NCBI RefSeq assembly: GCF_037042905.1
Contig: NC_087245.1
Span: forward strand, 36,396,001 to 36,460,000
DNA from: Lytechinus pictus
Taxonomy: Eukaryota
Direction of reading: 5' to 3'
Length of the DNA: 64,000 nucleotides
A program made the position numbers and the translations under genes. Positions 12,365-23,949 of the stretch are shown here, piece by piece (position 1 is the stretch's first letter; each line of letters opens with the position of its first letter). The notes below the pieces were generated by a model, which worked only from the letters and a program-made list of their open reading frames with translations, made no database searches and was not told where the DNA came from.

Positions 12365-14633
12365 ACTGTCGTGTGTTGCTGCCCTCTACGTTCGTTGGTA
12401 CAAAATAAGCCCTTTCAAGTACGCGCGCACGAAATCCGCGCGCGCTGCCCAGCCAGCTGATATGCAATTTCAACTTTTACACCACTCGACGATCAACTGT
12501 AAGACTTTCATTCGACATGTGTTAGAAAGCTACATTTTTTGAGGTTTGCCTTACCTTTTAAGGTTATTCCTTTCCATCGTTATATGGTATCTCCAAAATA
12601 TCACGAGAAATCACATTCCAAATTTCGAAAATCCTTATCATTTTGAAGATATTTACAAAAATCCTGAGAGTTCCACTCTTATCAGAGACATTTTCTGTGC
12701 AATCGCGAATGAGCCTGGCCCCTGGGACTTGCAGAGAGCGTCCATTTCAGGCTCAATATCTTGAAAACCACTCGTCCGATTTTGGTGTTCTCAACGTCTC
12801 AAAAGATATAATGTCTTGTTTAATAACATATCCGATTGGCATCACAAACCCATCACTAGTTTTCTTTTAATTCGACTTTTGCTACCCAGTACTTCTAATG
12901 CACGTCAAATACCAGATTCGGTCTTTGACGTTGCCAAATTTCTTATGGAAACTTATAACACGATCATTGTTTCATTATAAGATTTGTAAGGTGTATATTT
13001 CATTAAAAAAGTAACAAATTCAAATAAAAATAAGTTTGTTAGAAGTTTTAGATATTTTTTGTTAAGTTTTGTTGGAAAAATTATTATGATATGTTGAATT
13101 TAGTTTATATAGTTTTGAATCCTTGAAATTTATAAATACAAATTGGCAATCGATCTTTCACCGCTAAATACGATTTATGATTTATTTGTAAACAAAACTA
13201 TCTGGACGTCATCGATCACACTTTGAATGGGGAAATGGGTCTAGATCTAGCGTTAGGTCCAAGACCGGACCAAACACAGCGAGACCACGTAGACAAATGT
13301 ATTTGTTTTAGAGGAAAATTTCTACATGAATTATTCCATTTCTCTTCTCATAATTAAGATTTGAGAGAAATGTTGCAACTAAAACATTCACGTTCGTCAG
13401 ACAGCATTTTGTGATCATTTTCAGACTTGATCATGGGGCCGGGAGAGCCTATTTTAGAATGGGAGATCGAGTCGACGATACCAAGTACCACGGATCATGA
13501 TCGATCATGGAAAATAATTGTTGCCCCTAGCTAGCTAGCTGTCATATCATATAAGGTGCGAGAGTATATTGGCCTATTTTTTTCATTTGCATAAGTTGCT
13601 TAAGTTGGCGGTCCTCTAAAAAAATAGGCAAACTCTTTCTCATTAAAAAATTAAAAAAATACACAACTTGTTACAGAAGCTTACGTAGGAATATTTAAGG
13701 GGGGGGGGGGGTTCAAGCTGAATGAAATGTTGATGAACCCCCCCCAAAAAAAAAATTGAAAAAAAAAAATAAAAAAGGGTCTTTCAAAAAAATTTAGTTA
13801 GAGCGGTCTTTTTTTTTCTATCTCGGCGCTTCCCTCTTGAAAACGTATAGATGATTATAATCTTATATCTGCCTCTTTTATTTGTAATATTTCATGATTT
13901 TATGCTTTTCCATCATGCTAATCATTTGTAAATATTGTGATTGTTATGATTTACTTCAATAACTTAAATGTAAAAAAAATTAGTGTTTTTTTATTGTGGG
14001 GGGGGGGGGGGGGTGGGCCATCTTACTTTTGAGGAGTCCCCCCCCCCCTTCTGGAAAGTGGTGTTAGGTGCCGCGGAATAGTTATGAAAGTAGGGGCTGA
14101 CCATGCAATAATCATATTTACATGGTAATTTTTATGTTTTTGTACATGGTTTTAGAAAGCCCCCACAGCTCCCCCCCCCTTTAGTATTAATGTCACTGAT
14201 TATTTAAAATAACTTTACTTGTTAAATTTTTTAATGGAAACTATGTTTTTTCTAATTGTGGAGGTGAAATATTATCTCCCCCCCCCCCCACCGTCATAAA
14301 TACCCAAGCCGATCCAACCCCACAATATCTCAGAGGCAGGTCCAGTATTTTTAAAATCAAGAGGGTGCAAAGAGCAAAACTGAAAATTGAGTGGGTGCAG
14401 ATGACAATTTTCTATGCAATTTCCTAAAAGAGGCAGGTCCAGTATTTTTAAAACAGGCCTATAGTTATATTAGTAGCATGTTCAATTGAGATTTTTTTCA
14501 AAATGAGGGGGGGGGGGAGGGATGTGTCCCTTCCAACCCTGCCTTTGACTCTGGTTTTTCAGTTTCATCAATACTGCCTTTGTCCCGTTTCATTAATTGC
14601 TTGTTGTCAGTGATCAAGGATTTAATATACCTG

Positions 14634-14787
14634 GGCCCCATTGCATAAAGAGTTACCATTATGATTTACCATGCAAATACAACTTGTATGGAGTCCTTGA
14701 TCTTGATTAGCTTTGATTAGTGTTAACATGGTAGTTACCATTTGATAACAAGGTTACCATAATTCCTAACTTTTATGCAATGGGGCA
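14634..14787. mobile_element. GGCCCC-type small MITE with CTG TSD; similar elements at 27971-28240, 39802-39981 and 55074-55287
   Basis: GGCCCCATTGCATAAA / TTTATGCAATGGGGCA flanked by CTG. Confidence 0.65.
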
Positions 14788-16132
14788 CTGGAGAAGGCAA
14801 AATTGAGGAAGGGGGTGGCGTACTAATGACAATGGTCTTTCATTTGGATAAAGATGCCTAATCAAGGAGTCATTCTCAAAATATAGCGTGGAAGGGCAGC
14901 ATACAAGTACATGTGCCTCACCCTTGTGCCTTTATCCTTGATTATACAACAGAATGTTAGATGTCTCGAGTAGTCATTGCAGGTCATCCCTTGCTTATAA
15001 AAAAGAGTAAGATTATATAAACGAATTTTATTCAAAATTTACAATAAAATTGCAGTGAATTACTACATATTTTAGGAAGTTTAGATACAGATAGAGATTC
15101 ATTCACATTCATCTATTTATTGAACCACATTTGAAAATTTGCCCTCAAGTGACATTACATGCACAAAGATATATATATATAAATAAACATCAAGACAATA
15201 ATTTTACTTGAATGAAACCTTCCAATAAAATATTTTAATAAGCATGTATAACAACCGATATGGAAATTAATTATGGACTAACGTGAGAAATATGGGATAA
15301 ATAGCCTAAAACTTAATTCATGATAGCCCATGATTAGAATAATTTATATGTGTTTGGAAAAAATTGTGTTTAAGACATAATCATTTACCATTACCTGATA
15401 TGGATACTCCTCATTTTATGTGTTTGGATTAGATTCCAGGAGGTAAAATTCAATCTCAACATGTCTGTAGGGTCAATGAAACCCTCGTAACTTTATAAAA
15501 GCTATAAAATATGGATGAAAGGAGAAGGGATTGAACTCCTAAATGAAAACCATGGTCACTTGTCAGGTATGCATTATATACCCCCTCAAAAAAAAAAGAA
15601 TGAATATAAATATGAAATAATCAGTCATTTTAAAACATATTTGCAAATTTCATGTGATCTACCGGTACCACTCACACAGCCACAAAAATTGGTTATTTAT
15701 CATTGTATGCATATCAATTACAGTGTACATTTAATTTTAACAATGTTAAAAAAAAACTGAAAAATGATTTTCACCTTCACATGCCCGGCAAATTCAGTAC
15801 CCCGTGGAAATTTTTTTTAATGAAATGATACAAGACTTAAAAATACTATAAATATAAATTACAAATCAGATAAGTGACTACTGGTAATTGATTAGATTGG
15901 ATATGACATGCACATGTAGCTCATTCCTTTATATTTTCAAAATGGTTGAATTTGTAAAAATAATCTTAATCTCGTTCTTTGCATTTTAACTGACTAGAAA
16001 TGTAAACCATACAGTCATAATTCATATTATGACACAATATAATACATTGCCATTATAATATATATTTTAGTTGTTTTTAACCTACTATTTAACATACATG
16101 CTATAACTTCTTAATCAATACACTTCAAATCG

Positions 16133-16413
16133 AACAAGAGTGTTGCTAAGGCGGGCACATAATATGCCCGTCTGTAACATGGAAAATGGAGCTATTGGTC
16201 AAGCAAGATAAGTGGAAGATGGTGACTTCACCTTTGACCTTCTGACCACAAAATCAATAGGCTTCCTGGGATCCATGCTAGTATCGTGCACCAAATTATA
16301 TGAGCCTAGATTAAGTTAAACTTAAGTTCTCGCGTTTACAAGGAAAAGTTAACGGACGAACGGACACCGAGCGTGATACCATAATACGTCCCGTCAAGAC
16401 GGGCGTATAAAAA
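16133..16413 (+). mobile_element. Helentron-associated non-autonomous element (pearl/HINE-like)
   Basis: 5' AACAAGAG; subterminal inverted repeat ATATGCCCGTC (16162-16172) vs GACGGGCGTAT (16398-16408); CCTTTGACCT core; GGAC repeats; 3' hairpin CCCGTC-AA-GACGGG followed by TATAAAAA. Confidence 0.7.
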
Positions 16414-17340
16414 GTTATGCCTGTAGTCTTTGAATTAAAGTTTGAAGTGAAATATATCTAAATTATTGGAACTAAATTTTTTTTTTAATTTGAATATTAT
16501 ATTGGCTGACATTTTCCTACTCGTCTAGTATAATTAGACATGTCATGAATAATAACTGTAGAGAGACATTCCAGAAGTCTGTTTTTGATTGATAATTGAA
16601 TTTAATATTATACTTTTTCCATTATCCACCCATTTCCATACCGAACGTCTGAAATGCGACCATATTGAATTGCATAATAATGCAGGCAAGACTGCCAGAG
16701 ACGTCTTACTTGTATTGAAATACATTCATGTTAATACCCTCCTTCTAAATAAATTTGTCAGCTTGCATTCAGAATTTGATCAATTCTAACTGCATATCAA
16801 TTAAACAAATATAGCGCAGGCAACTTTTAAAATTGTTTAAAATGCTTTGACACATCTCTTCTTCCAGATGAATAGTGCTGAACTAATGTAGGATATTTTC
16901 GGCTACTCACATCAAAGTCTGCAAGAACTTTTTTTCCTGTATCCTATGGTTGCACACTTTAAAATTTCCCTGTAGCATGTACCCTTCGAGCAAATATTCT
17001 GCCCATGGATGTTGGTACATATACTTGCACATGTTTCTCAAAACTCTTATTACTGACATCGTTTAATAATTATTGATAAAAAATAATGAATTTGTCAGAT
17101 TTGATGGAGAAATATTAAATTTGAAAAAAAAATAATTATAAGCAAAAGATAGGGAATCCAATAAACCACTTTTCCTGACTAAGTAATTTTCAGTTGATTA
17201 TTAACATTATGCCTTTGACCCATTATCCTAATGAAAGTACATGTAGTATTACCCAGGGATCAGATGTAGTAAGTGTGAACATAATTGATGCAGAAATAAA
17301 GGAATGTGACCAAGTTGAACAAAAACTTGACCTTTTGACC

Positions 17341-17721
17341 CCAACTTCCTTTTGTAGTGAGTCCCTCAGTAAATACTGAAGACATAATGAATGAAAAGTT
17401 TCGCCATGTCCAATTTGTAGCAAGAACTTTTTCCTAGATGATGTTACAAGTAGTCCCTGTTTTTAACTATATGTGAACTTGAGGTTTACTGTGTTTGTGG
17501 CAAAACTGGCCTCCTAAAAACATTCACAAGACATGTTAAATTAAATAAAGGCCAGTAGAAGTAGAACGTCAAGAAGCTCTTGAAAAAGCTGGAATCACAC
17601 TTGAAGCAGCTATACATTCAATTGCACATATTCCAAGATTCGTGGAAAGAACCTCCAGTTTCATTGTTTGGAAGAAGCGTCAGGAAGATGGCCACGCCGA
17701 AATCAACAAGATACCTGGAAC
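17341..17721 (+). pseudogene. Decayed transposase N-terminal exon: RING-finger C-terminal half plus zinc finger
   Basis: With stops and frameshifts: SFCSESLSKY*RHNE*KVSPCPICSKNFFLDDVTSSP / CELEVYCVCGKTGLLKTFTRHV / VERQEALEKAGITLE...KIPGT, ending at a GTAAGT donor (17722). Confidence 0.6.
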
Positions 17722-18276
17722 AGTAAGTAACGCAAATTCTTAGCACTGCGAATTAAATGAGAGAATTATCTTAATTCAAAGCTCATCACTTGTACAAATG
17801 CAATTTACTACTCGTTTATTTCTTTGAAATATAGATAAAAAGTGAATTTTATTTTTAAGAATGGTTTACAAGTATAGATGTTGATCTACTTATAGTTGGA
17901 AAAAAAAATATATCCCCTTCCTTATGATATCCAAATCACTTTGATTTCTCATTTTCAAACATTTTCTTCCATAATGACTATTTTTTACATTTTAAATAAT
18001 AGTAACTGTGATAGCAATTGACACAATATTCAGAAAGTAATATGTTTCACCCCTTTTACTTTCCTTTCCTTTTTTTATCCCCTTTTCTTTGTGGTGAAAA
18101 TTTTGGGGAGCCATGACCCCAATGTCTACATGCAAGTGAGTGGGGGTATTTTATTTCAACCTGTATAGTGGCAGATGAATTTAAAAGCACCAAAATTGAA
18201 TTGCGGGGGAAAAAATCTTCTAGTGAATGGCGATCAAAATATGAAATTAAAATTGTTATGTATATATGTTTTACAG

Positions 18277-18386
18277 CTTCTTCTTGTTAGTCATTCAAAG
18301 AGATTTACATAACGAGATGCAGCAAAGACGTTGGCCATGATGAATGATGGGCACCTTAATTGGTCACAGTACAGACAGATGAATAG
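18277..18386 (+). pseudogene. Decayed transposase exon with a RAG1/Transib-like LA...L..SQY..M.R motif
   Basis: TTTTACAG acceptor; DAAKTLAMMNDGHLNWSQYRQMNR at 18316-18386; GTAAAT donor. Confidence 0.6.
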
Positions 18387-19168
18387 GTAAATTTCACTGA
18401 GAATTAATGTCGTACTGACCTCACTATCTTTATTGTCTCCGTTCTTCTTATCCATCCATGGATAACCACTGAAGACCTGGCTCAAGATCTCTGGCAGTGC
18501 ATGGCTCCTTGGGATGGGGGGGGGGGGGGCTGACCAATGGGAATTGCATCGTCTGATCTTCACACAGTCAAAGGTAGTGTCTCCATCACTGCTGTAGCCC
18601 CACTTGAACCATGGACAGTCGACAGTGATTCGCTAGGTCCATAGCAGAGTCACAGACTGGAGGTGGTTAGACAACAGAGATAGAAAGAAAAGTTAGCACC
18701 AAAAAAATTGCTTTATTTTGAATAGTTTTAATGATCATAAAGAACATGAAATCAATAAATTCATCTCAGGGACATGGCCACCAAGGATTATTCATGATCA
18801 TTCGCACCTTTAAATGACAATAGATACTATAATCTGCCACCAGATTCATGATTCAATTCAGCAAAAGTGATAATAATATATACAATCATAAATCTTTGCT
18901 GGAGACAGAATAAAGCATTGGATTTGTACTAAAACAAGTTTTTGAGCAAATTTTGATGTGATATGCACTTGCATAATTGTATTATTTTTTTAAAACTGTG
19001 CCAATTGTCACAAATGTGGCCTTAAATTTTGCATTACCAGTAGAAATAGAAAAAATAGAAATATCTTTAAAAATGTTGAGGCCAGCCTTTTTTTAATAGC
19101 TAAAGCTATTAGTTGGCAGAAATCATCAAAACCTACCCATATGTTCATGTTCCATCATCTTTCCACAG

Positions 19169-19340
19169 GAATGGATTTCTCACAACTCACGATGGGGCAA
19201 TTCCTGAAGAAGAGGTGTGGATTAAGTTTGGGGGAGATCATGGTGGACAGGTGGAGGCTCATTTAAGTTGGTGATACAGAGGTCTGCAATGTGGAAAACA
19301 CAATGCCTCACAGAAATCCTTGTTTGTTGGATGCTATGAA
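19169..19340 (+). pseudogene. Decayed transposase exon containing the putative first catalytic Asp
   Basis: TTCCACAG acceptor; NGFLTTHDGAIPEEEVWIKFGGDHGG/GSFKLVIQ/VCNVEN/NASQKSLFVGCYE. An 8-nt insertion at 19248-19255 and further frameshifts disrupt it. Confidence 0.7.
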
Positions 19341-20740
19341 GGTTCCTTTCATCTCATTGCTTCAGAAAATGACTCATCCCATCGCCAAGCAACTGACAAA
19401 TGAAGAAGATTAAATGTAGAAGTTAGGATATTGGAGATGTAAATTTCAAATTATTCTATTTTGTAACGTCACAGATGTGTAGATTATTACTGAAAATTGT
19501 GTGATATAATTCTTTTTTATAATTTTATATATAAAAAGTAAAATAGCTGGCAGTTGTTTTAGATGTTTCTTTTATCTGATGTAATATAGGCATGATTTAG
19601 GTTTAACATCTGATGTAACATACATATTTTTTCTCTTCAATCTTTGAGACTAGTGGAACTAGTTGAAAGGATACATAAAATAAAAAACCTAATAATGTCA
19701 TTATGTGAGAAGTGAGATTTTTTAGATTATGTTGGTGACATTAGTCAAATATGACTTATCACCACTCAAATCAACAAAAGAAGAAAAAGCTACAGTACCA
19801 GTCACAATTCTTTGACTACCTGTTTCACCAGAGAACTATCATGATGATAAAAAAGACGAACAGAATTTATGCTAATCTTCCCTGTACAAAACGTGCACAC
19901 AGAAGACATGTTATAATAAAGACGAAAGGATCTTTGAAAGATGAAAGTCATCTTATGATGAAATTTAGTAAACAAGAAATGCCACCAAAGAAGCAAGTGC
20001 AGAGATTACCTATCATATAATTATGTATGAACTATAATAATAAATGTATATTTTGGTCTGATATAATAGAAAATTAGAATTTACCTGACCTATGTGTGCT
20101 ACTGTGCATAGTACGATACAGTAAATTGTTTTGAATAAGTGTAGCAATGCATGGTATTGATCATTGATTCATTGAAACTAAAAGATTGAGAAAAACATAA
20201 AGAAATTTAAAAAAAACTTCCACGCACAAAATCCTTCATTTCACTTTCAGACCAAATCCCCTGGCCCCACCATATAGTCTCTATGCAGTATATGCAGTGC
20301 AGCATATTTTTAATGCAACCCCCCCCCCCCCCCAATGTATCTGAAAAAACCTCAAACAGAATCTACCCCACCCTAAAAAATTAATTAAAAAATCTAGAAT
20401 CTATAGGGCCTAGTACTAATACATGTACTATTAGCACTGCTGAGTGCTGGCCTTGAATCTAGTCACTAGTGCGGTGTAGTCAATGACAATGTAGCCCTAT
20501 CAGATTCACAGATCCAAGTAACATTGTAAATTTGTATGCAAAAAAACACTGAAAGTGTTGTCATGATTGTGAAAATGAGAGTCTAGACCTAGCTCTACAG
20601 ACCGTGAAATACCCTTTTTCACGAGTCAAAGTTAGCACTCAGCTCAGCAGCATGCAGCAGGCGCAGCAAAATCATTACATGTAGTTGTACATACAGCGAA
20701 TGCACTCTCAGTCTCGCTCAGCTTAGCTCACGAAGCGCAG

Positions 20741-20785
20741 TAACCCAGAGAGCTCCAGCCCGCGTAGCTGGAGCTCTCTGGGTTA
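20741..20785. mobile_element. 45-bp hairpin micro-element with 9-bp TSD
   Basis: TAACCCAGAGAGCTCCAGC-CCGCGTA-GCTGGAGCTCTCTGGGTTA flanked by GAAGCGCAG (20732-20740, 20786-20794). Confidence 0.75.
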
Positions 20786-22727
20786 GAAGCGCAGTTGAGC
20801 TGCTGTGTACATGAGCGGTGTCTGACCACACAGCCAGGCGGCCCGCGACCCGGCCCTGCCCGGCTTCACCCGGGGTAGCGGCGCGCACATCCTATACAAA
20901 CAGAAAGTGCTGTATCGAAAAATCAACCTAAAATAAATTCTACTGATGGGTTCAACGAAAAATTGCGCCAGATGAATCTTAAGTGCTTTGAAAACAAAAC
21001 TACAATAAATACGAAATGCTGACAAACCGGACTTTTTACATTTTGGACTTTAAAAAGTTCCATAATTAGGGCCAGATTCGCGAGTTTACATGGGATTATG
21101 CAAACGCAAACATCATGACAAAATGGAGAAAAACAGAAAACGTATAATCACATTGCCATACTTACGACTTTAAACATGGAAAAAAATGTTTCCTCCACGG
21201 AATTCTTGCGAAATAAATAAACTGTTGGGGATAGACAGAGAGAGTTGGTCGTGTCAGCGCCAGATGCCACAACAATCGCCAAGGATTTTTTAATCGCCCT
21301 TATAGACATCGCAGCACAACAACGTTAAATGCATATGCGCACTTGGGCCGCAAGGGGGCGCTAAGCTTATTTTCACTGTGAAACAGCCGTGCCGGGAGGC
21401 CTATATCCTGACCGCGCGCGCACACACGCATAAAATATTAACATGACCAGCAAAATGTGATGGAGCGTAGCGACCGAGCGAGAAGATATAGGCTATATAT
21501 AAAGTTCATTCAAGAGGCCAATGGCCGCACGCAGGATATTTTTTTTCCTCCGGGGAGCGGGGGGTACAAAAAAATTGACTGAACTCGAGAAACGAAGGAA
21601 CCAAGCGACCGAGCTTGTTATGGGGAACATTTTTTAAAGTGAAATTGTAGGATTTCATGCACACTCTTGGTTTGGTGAAAATATTCAGTATGAAAAAAGT
21701 CCCCCCCCCCCCGCTGTGTACGGCCATGAAGAGGGCAACTACGGTAGGCTTATTTTAATATAAGATTTTTGTTGACACGTTTATAGGCCTACAAAATGAG
21801 ATTTGTGTGGAGCGTCTGTGGACGTCATGGCAAATGGGGCCTCTTTTCAAAATGGAAATCTTAGGTTGTATGACAGATTTTGGCATATTGAAATATCATC
21901 AGATAAGGCCTATTTTTTGTGGGGTAGGGAAAACAGTGGTGGCTCTAGGGGGAGTTTTGGGATTTCTCTAAAATCGCTCAAGCCTCCCCAAAATTTTCGA
22001 CCACAAAGAAAAAAAATAAGGCGGCATTCCATTAGTATACTGTATTCAAGTTCTCTAAAATTTAAGCTTTTATATTTCAAAATCGTTTTTTTTCCGCTCG
22101 GTCGCCACGCACTCCCTCGCAAAACAAAATAACATCTATAAATGCAGACTATAATGTGCGAGTATAACAAGCCAATGATCCCCTGCATATAAAAGAGTGC
22201 CTATCATTTTTTTTATTACTTACTATTTCATCAAACACGAATACCAATACGCAAAATTCTTTGTCTATTTTTGTCAAAAGCGCTCTGAAATTTTGTTCTC
22301 CTTTAGGATAGCCTATATATGTTGTTGTTTTTTCGGAGGCTAAAGTTTTCAAAACATTTAGCAGTTTAGAGTCAGTGACCATCCATGTTTCGGAAGGTGG
22401 GGGAGTGAATAAAATATATATTTAAAAAAAAAAAAAAATCGGTGCACTTTGCGCGCCAAATTCTAACACAGAACTTTGCACATGATGAGCACCGAAAACC
22501 TTACAATTTATATGATTAAAAGTATTTTAATGTCAAGTAGAATGGTTTTATAGTGCTTTCTGGGGTTTCTGACCTCTATCGGAGACTTGGCTTCTGAAGG
22601 TTTGAAACAGAGTCAATCGGGAAATTTATAGAATATTCGAACATCGCCATCTTGAGTTGAATTTCGGTAATCTTTTGGAAAATATCTTCTCACGAACTGT
22701 TGTCCATTTCATCTAATAAGGCTTCAC

Positions 22728-22752
22728 CATAGAGATGTATACTATCTCTATG
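22728..22752. mobile_element. 25-bp CATAGA-type micro-element or P-like excision footprint
   Basis: CATAGAGAT-GTATACT-ATCTCTATG flanked by the 8-bp direct repeat GGCTTCAC. Confidence 0.75.
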
Positions 22753-23949
22753 GGCTTCACACACTATGTTTTTAAAGTCCGTATTTCATTTCGGGAAATC
22801 TAAAAATCATTTTTATTTTGTTCCTTTAAAAATATATTATTTTTTCTTTTATCATATTGACAACAAATCACCATTTGTCTTGGTGAATCAATTTTTCATA
22901 TATTGTACTACTTTATGCTGATCAGGACACCCTCAAGAACAAATAAATAAATAAAAGATAAAGAAATAATAATTCTTATCAATTTTTAAAGATAAGGAAT
23001 TGAAATCCATCCTTTCTGGAGTCAGTGCCCTGGGAACGATTTATGTTACAAGGGGTGCTGATGTGAATTTGAAAAGTGAAAAAAGGGTTTCAGTAAAAAA
23101 AATGTAGGTCATTCCGGTTTTATTGATCCATTTTGCCCCATTTTGCCACCTATATACCAGAATTCCAGGGGGTGCTGCCTATGGAGAGTAACACACACAC
23201 AGCACCCCCAGTACGCCCGCTTCCCAAGGACATGTCTGGAGAGGAAATAAGAACAATGATAAAACAGTAAGGTTTCGAATGAACTTAGGATTAAGGTAAT
23301 GGGAAACATTCATTGATTTAAAAATGCTTATTGTGATACCCAAAACCGATAGAAATGATGGCGTACATTATTGTATTCTTAATTCTTGTTTGATTTTTTA
23401 CTGGAAATAAAATCAAGTTTGAATTCAATTTAGCGGTGTGAATTTGCCCGGTGAATTTGTAGTTCAATAATAATATGGGTAGCCATTTTCCATCTCAGGA
23501 CTTGAAACATGACTTGTATGACTAGAATTCTTTAAGTTCTCAGTCCGCTGAAAATGTGGCCAGTCCAAGAATCACGAAAGTATAGAAAAGCGGAACATTG
23601 TAGGTAATTTGGAGTGAAGTGGAGAAGAGTCAACGCTTGATCCCTTGGGGTGTTAGACTCTCAATGCAACCCCCATCATCGGGTAATTTACAAGGTTGTT
23701 TAATGGACCTGCACCCGGTGTGGAATTTAAAAGCAACAATTCCTTTACTCTTCTCCAGAACCCGCCCAACAATGATGATGGGTAATTGCAATTCTGAAAA
23801 GAAGCGATTTTATCAAAATCTTTGATTACTGTTGGGGGAAAAAAAAGTAGAAAGAGAGAGCCGAGTTAGCAATACTCCACCAACCCTTCTTCCTTTTATG
23901 TACAGAATGGTTTGTATCGCCTAAGCATACGAGCTGTTAAACGGAGAGA

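Larger units (their letters stand above)
10725..12397. mobile_element. P-element-like non-autonomous element nested 34 bp inside the left end of the Chapaev-like element
   Basis: ~55 bp TIR CAACGAACGTAGAGGGCAGCAAC...GGTCCACTC; 8-bp TSD GTACAAAA (10717-10724, 12398-12405). The superfamily call is inferred from CA termini plus the 8-bp TSD. Confidence 0.7.
10691..21391 (+). mobile_element. ~10.7 kb Chapaev-like (CMC, RAG1-related) DNA transposon, decayed
   Basis: Perfect 14-bp TIR CACGGCTGTTTCAC / GTGAAACAGCCGTG; 4-bp TSD CCGG (10687-10690, 21392-21395); the host MITE is restored on removal; internal transposase remnants. CAC termini with a 4-bp TSD are Chapaev hallmarks. Confidence 0.8.

Noticed and set aside
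10691..21391. Calling the element a bona fide RAG/ProtoRAG or Transib transposon
   Set aside because: The TSD is 4 bp (RAG/Transib give 5 bp), the catalytic context is GGDHGG rather than CDG, and no recognisable RAG2-like gene is present.
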